The position numbers and the translations under genes were made by a program. A stretch of 64,000 bases of DNA from positions 33,735 through 97,734 of the forward strand of contig ADNK01000910.1 of assembly GCA_000320545.1 (NCBI GenBank). Direction: 5' to 3'. This stretch comes from Bigelowiella natans CCMP2755 (taxonomy: Eukaryota; Protista; Cercozoa). Under the pieces are notes generated by a model that saw only the letters and a program-made list of their open reading frames with translations, was not told the origin of the DNA and made no database searches. Position 1 is the stretch's first letter; every line of letters starts with the position of its first letter. This document shows positions 63,383 through 64,000 of the stretch, piece by piece.

Positions 63383-64000
63383 TCTCCTCTGTGTGTGTGT
63401 CTCAAAGACGAAGGAGAACACATGCACAGCAGCACCAGCAGAGCACCTTCTGCGTGGTCGTCATCACGAATCCCTGCTTCTTGTCGCTGTATCCCCAAGT
63501 TGTCTGTCTTGTTGGGTGGTGGTTGAGCATATCAGCCATGGGGACCTGATGGTAGTTGTTACAAAGTGAGCGTGTGAGCGAGTGAGTGAGTGTGTGCGTG
63601 TGCGTGCCTAACTCAGCTGAAACATGATAATTAAAAATTTGTCCTCCTCCTCCTCCTCCTCCTCCAGCGACACGTCGTGTCGCCTCGAAAGTACTACGTA
63701 AGTCTTCTTGCACGATGCGTTCTTCTTCAGTAAAATGCAACGCTCGTGCTGCTGTGGAGCGAGCTTAGAAACTCTACTTCAAAACGATGATCATGCTACC
63801 AGGCCATCAGTAGTTCTGCCGTTGATGTCCAACGAGAAGATGCGGGTGATGACTGCCAACCGCCCCCACACCAATTCGACGTAGTGGTACCTGCGACAAA
63901 CGTCCGGGAATGTAAGAATACTGGAGTTTAGGAAAGGTGGGGGGAGGGGGGGGGTAGCCGCACAAAAAGAAGTGAAAAATATGTGTGTGTTTTTTTTTAT
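60689..64000 (-). CDS. SET-domain methyltransferase, SETD3/Rubisco-LSMT-like (5' part outside window)
   Basis: Exons WGRLAVITRIFSL..DGL|VPMADMLNHHPTRQTTW, FDSYGRKC and RYFVNYGF match the LSMT/SETD3 'P.aDm.NH..sYG.k.N..ll..YGF' signature. These are followed by a substrate-binding-like region (SRNESAAL). The 3' stop position is tentative. Confidence 0.8.

Noticed and set aside
1-64000. tRNA, rRNA or snRNA genes, and a deaminase gene that could explain the TA erosion
   Set aside because: None recognisable by eye. The responsible enzyme, if any, is not evidently encoded in this window, and covariance-model searches were not possible.

Overview
Gene-dense, intron-rich eukaryotic nuclear DNA from a protist. 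A signal-peptide plus Ser/Arg-rich leader on an RluA enzyme suggests an alga with a complex plastid, possibly a chlorarachniophyte (inference only). Stitching exons at GT-AG sites by hand gives about 14 protein-coding genes: a two-domain cyclophilin, a membrane-anchored ATPgrasp_ST-like ligase head-to-head with an OCH1-like GT32 glycosyltransferase, an uncharacterised multipass protein, a RasGAP head-to-head with a myosin that has an unusual tail, an RluA pseudouridine synthase, a PP2C, a FUT8/NodZ-like fucosyltransferase, a membrane-anchored trypsin-like protease, an intronless LRR protein, FAM32A, a CaaX-tailed pseudo-GTPase and a SETD3/LSMT-like methyltransferase. There is also a young Harbinger/Tourist-like MITE and three remnants of one non-LTR retrotransposon family. 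The most striking signal lies outside the genes. Several intergenic spacers and the LINE remnants have lost almost all TpA dinucleotides, apparently by TA->CA/TG change on both strands, while CTAG survives. This is the opposite direction to fungal RIP and looks like the footprint of a region-targeted A:T->G:C hypermutation, possibly a genome-defence system. Exon boundaries and counts were read by eye, and several 5' ends are approximate.
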